Below are positions 18,165-20,112 of a stretch of 20,112 bases of DNA, one piece after another; the first letter of the stretch is position 1; each line of letters opens with the position of its first letter. Origin of the DNA: Bdellovibrio sp. (GTDB lineage: Bacteria; Bdellovibrionota; Bdellovibrionia; Bdellovibrionales; Bdellovibrionaceae); NCBI GenBank assembly GCA_046318155.1, contig JBKCUU010000064.1, positions 1 to 20,112 on the forward strand, read 5' to 3'. The position numbers were made by a program, and so were the translations under genes. Below the pieces are notes generated by a model. That model had not been told where the DNA came from. It made no database searches and was given only the letters and a program-made list of their open reading frames with translations.

Positions 18165-18473
18165 ATGGGTATTAGCGAAAAAATAAATCAACTCGCATCT
18201 GATCTGCAAGATGGAGTTAAGAACACCTCCACGTCCTTGCTTGGTTTGACCATCAAGGTTGTCACCGCTTTTTTTATCGGCCTGACGATGGCTTTGATCA
18301 CCCAAGAGCTGATTCAGTTCGGTACGTTTGCGTTTGTCTTCATGATGCTGGTCGTGATGGCCCTCACCTACAAACTCATTGCAAAATGGAGTTTAGGTGC
18401 AACGCTCGTGTTTGACTTGGTCTGCGTGCTCATGGCACTTGTGCTTCGAATGTACATCATGCTCGCTCCCTAG
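18165..18473 (+). CDS. Small hypothetical membrane protein (about 3 TM helices)
   Basis: Strong AAGGAGG RBS; 102 aa with three hydrophobic segments; 8 nt before serS. Confidence 0.85.
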   Translation: MGISEKINQLASDLQDGVKNTSTSLLGLTIKVVTAFFIGLTMALITQELIQFGTFAFVFMMLVVMALTYKLIAKWSLGATLVFDLVCVLMALVLRMYIMLAP

Positions 18474-18481
18474 AGGATTCT

Positions 18482-19777
18482 ATGATTGATTTAAAAATGC
18501 TTGAACGAAAAGCCGAAGGCGGACCGTCTTACTACGAGGAGTACCGTCAGTCGTTGATCAACCGTGGTTCGAGCACTGAAGTTCTTGATCAAGTGATGGC
18601 GCTGGCTCAAACCCGCAAAGAGTTTATCACCAAAGCCGAAACGGCAAAGGCGCACCAAAACAAAGTGAGCCAAACGGTTCCTCAATTAAAAAAAGAGGGC
18701 AAAGATGTTTCGGCGGTTCTTGCCGAAATGGGCGAACTGGCGGCTCAAGTTAAAAAACTTGAGGGCGAGGCGGCTGCGGTTGATGAAAAGGTCACGGGCC
18801 TTTTGATGACGATGCCCAACAAGTTGCATGCCTCAGTTCCTGTCGGAAAATCTGAAGCTGACAATCAGCTGGTCAAGACAGTTGGCGAAGCCACCAGGTT
18901 TTCTTTCAAAGCCAAAGAGCATTGGGCGCTGGGTGAAAAGCTTGGCATTATTGATTTTGAACGCGCGGGCAAAGTGACCGGAACGCGCTTCGCTTTTTTA
19001 AAAGGCAAGGCCGCGCAAATGGAGCGTGCGCTGGCTCAGTACTTTATGGATTTGCATTCTCAAAAGCATGGCTACACCGAAATGATTCCGCCTTACATTG
19101 TGAACTCGGCCAGCTACACCGGCACCGGGCAGTTTCCAAAATTCACGGATGATGTGTTTCACCTGACGGGAACTGATTACCATTTGATTTCGACGGCCGA
19201 AGTTCCGGTCACGAATTATTTTCGCGACGAAATTCTAAAAGAAGAAGAGCTTCCGTTATCGTTTTGCGCTTATTCACCCTGTTTTCGATCTGAGGCGGGC
19301 GCGAGTGGCCGCGACACCAAGGGTCTGATCCGTCAGCACCAATTTCACAAAGTGGAGTTGATGACGTTTGCGCACCCATCAAAATCTTTTGAGTTGCACG
19401 AGAATCTGACGTCGCACGCGGAGCAGTGCCTGATTGACTTAGAGCTGCCGTTTCGCCGGATGCTGTTGTGTTCGGCTGATATCGGCTTTGGCGCCTCACG
19501 GTGCTACGACCTTGAGGTATGGTTGCCGGGGGCTGGCGCTTACCGCGAGATTAGCTCGTGCTCGAACTTTGAAGACTTTCAGGCTCGTCGTGCAAACATC
19601 AGGTTTCGAGCGGCTGGGGGCAAGCCTCAGTTCATTCACACCCTGAACGGAAGTGGTTTGGCGGTGGGGCGAACATTAATCGCCATTCTCGAGAATTATC
19701 AAAACGAGGACGGGTCGATCCGAATTCCAAGGGTTCTGCAGAAGTATATGGGCGGAGCGACTGTCATCAAAGCCTAA
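18482..19777 (+). CDS. serS: Serine--tRNA ligase
   Basis: N-terminal coiled coil, [22 protein letters not shown]...[38 protein letters not shown]. Confidence 0.98.
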   Translation: MIDLKMLERKAEGGPSYYEEYRQSLINRGSSTEVLDQVMALAQTRKEFITKAETAKAHQNKVSQTVPQLKKEGKDVSAVLAEMGELAAQVKKLEGEAAAVDEKVTGLLMTMPNKLHASVPVGKSEADNQLVKTVGEATRFSFKAKEHWALGEKLGIIDFERAGKVTGTRFAFLKGKAAQMERALAQYFMDLHSQKHGYTEMIPPYIVNSASYTGTGQFPKFTDDVFHLTGTDYHLISTAEVPVTNYFRDEILKEEELPLSFCAYSPCFRSEAGASGRDTKGLIRQHQFHKVELMTFAHPSKSFELHENLTSHAEQCLIDLELPFRRMLLCSADIGFGASRCYDLEVWLPGAGAYREISSCSNFEDFQARRANIRFRAAGGKPQFIHTLNGSGLAVGRTLIAILENYQNEDGSIRIPRVLQKYMGGATVIKA

Positions 19778-19891
19778 GGGTGCTTTAAAATTAAGCATTG
19801 CGAGCAAGCCCCGGGATCTTACGGGTTTTTGTCTTTAAAGAGCCTGAAAAGAGCTTGAATCCGATGCTTAAATCATCATAAAACCGTCGAC

Positions 19892-19981
19892 GGAGAGCTG
19901 GTAGAGTGGTCGATTACACCAGTCTTGAAAACTGGCAGGCCTTCGCGGGCCTCGAGGGTTCGAATCCCTCGCTCTCCGCCA
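19892..19981 (+). tRNA. tRNA-Ser (anticodon TGA)
   Basis: Acceptor stem GGAGAGC/GCTCTCC, G discriminator, encoded CCA; anticodon arm CCAGT-CTTGAAA-ACTGG; long variable arm; T-arm GAGGG-TTCGAAT-CCCTC; 90 nt. Confidence 0.97.
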
Positions 19982-20040
19982 ATTTTAGATCGCGAATAGT
20001 TCCAAATCGAGGCTAAGTCCTCAAAATCAAAAACAAATGG

Positions 20041-20070
20041 ATTCAGTGAGATAGCTCACTCGGATTTTTT
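20041..20070 (+). terminator. Probable terminator downstream of tRNA-Ser
   Basis: ATTC-AGTGAG [ATAG] CTCACT-C-GGAT hairpin followed by a T-run. Confidence 0.55.
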
Positions 20071-20112
20071 AAACATAACAGTAAATAACAATTTCTAACG
20101 GTGTCACCGGGC

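Noticed and set aside
19892..19981. tRNA with TGA in the anticodon loop as a selenocysteine or suppressor tRNA
   Set aside because: Anticodon UGA reads UCA (Ser); tRNA-Sec has anticodon UCA and an 8-bp acceptor stem.

Overview
This is a core chromosomal window of about 50% GC. Its gene set and order resemble Bdellovibrio-like predatory bacteria (Bdellovibrionota); that assignment is from recollection, not a database search. Gene order: ligA (minus strand, runs off the left edge, missed by the ORF track), divergent from gatC-gatA-gatB-ppx/gppA-DUF192, then a LysM lipoprotein, a convergent stand-alone PilZ gene, rho with a ~200-aa disordered N-terminal extension, type-B L31, prfA-prmC-murA, a convergent small secreted protein, a GYF_2-TM-TPR protein, a small membrane protein, serS and tRNA-Ser(TGA). 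No mobile element or CRISPR array is visible. The most interesting signals are: (1) a sigma-54 unit with a consensus -24/-12 promoter and upstream palindromes, driving a small secreted protein whose 3' region has two tandem terminator hairpins with C-rich, anti-Shine-Dalgarno-like loops (candidate 3'UTR sRNA, with a possible target in the G-rich leader of the sigma-28-type pilZ gene); (2) a LysM protein with both an N-terminal lipobox and a C-terminal membrane helix (candidate trans-envelope tether); (3) a prion-like, RGG-containing extension on Rho, plus a G-free, C-rich rut-like rho leader.
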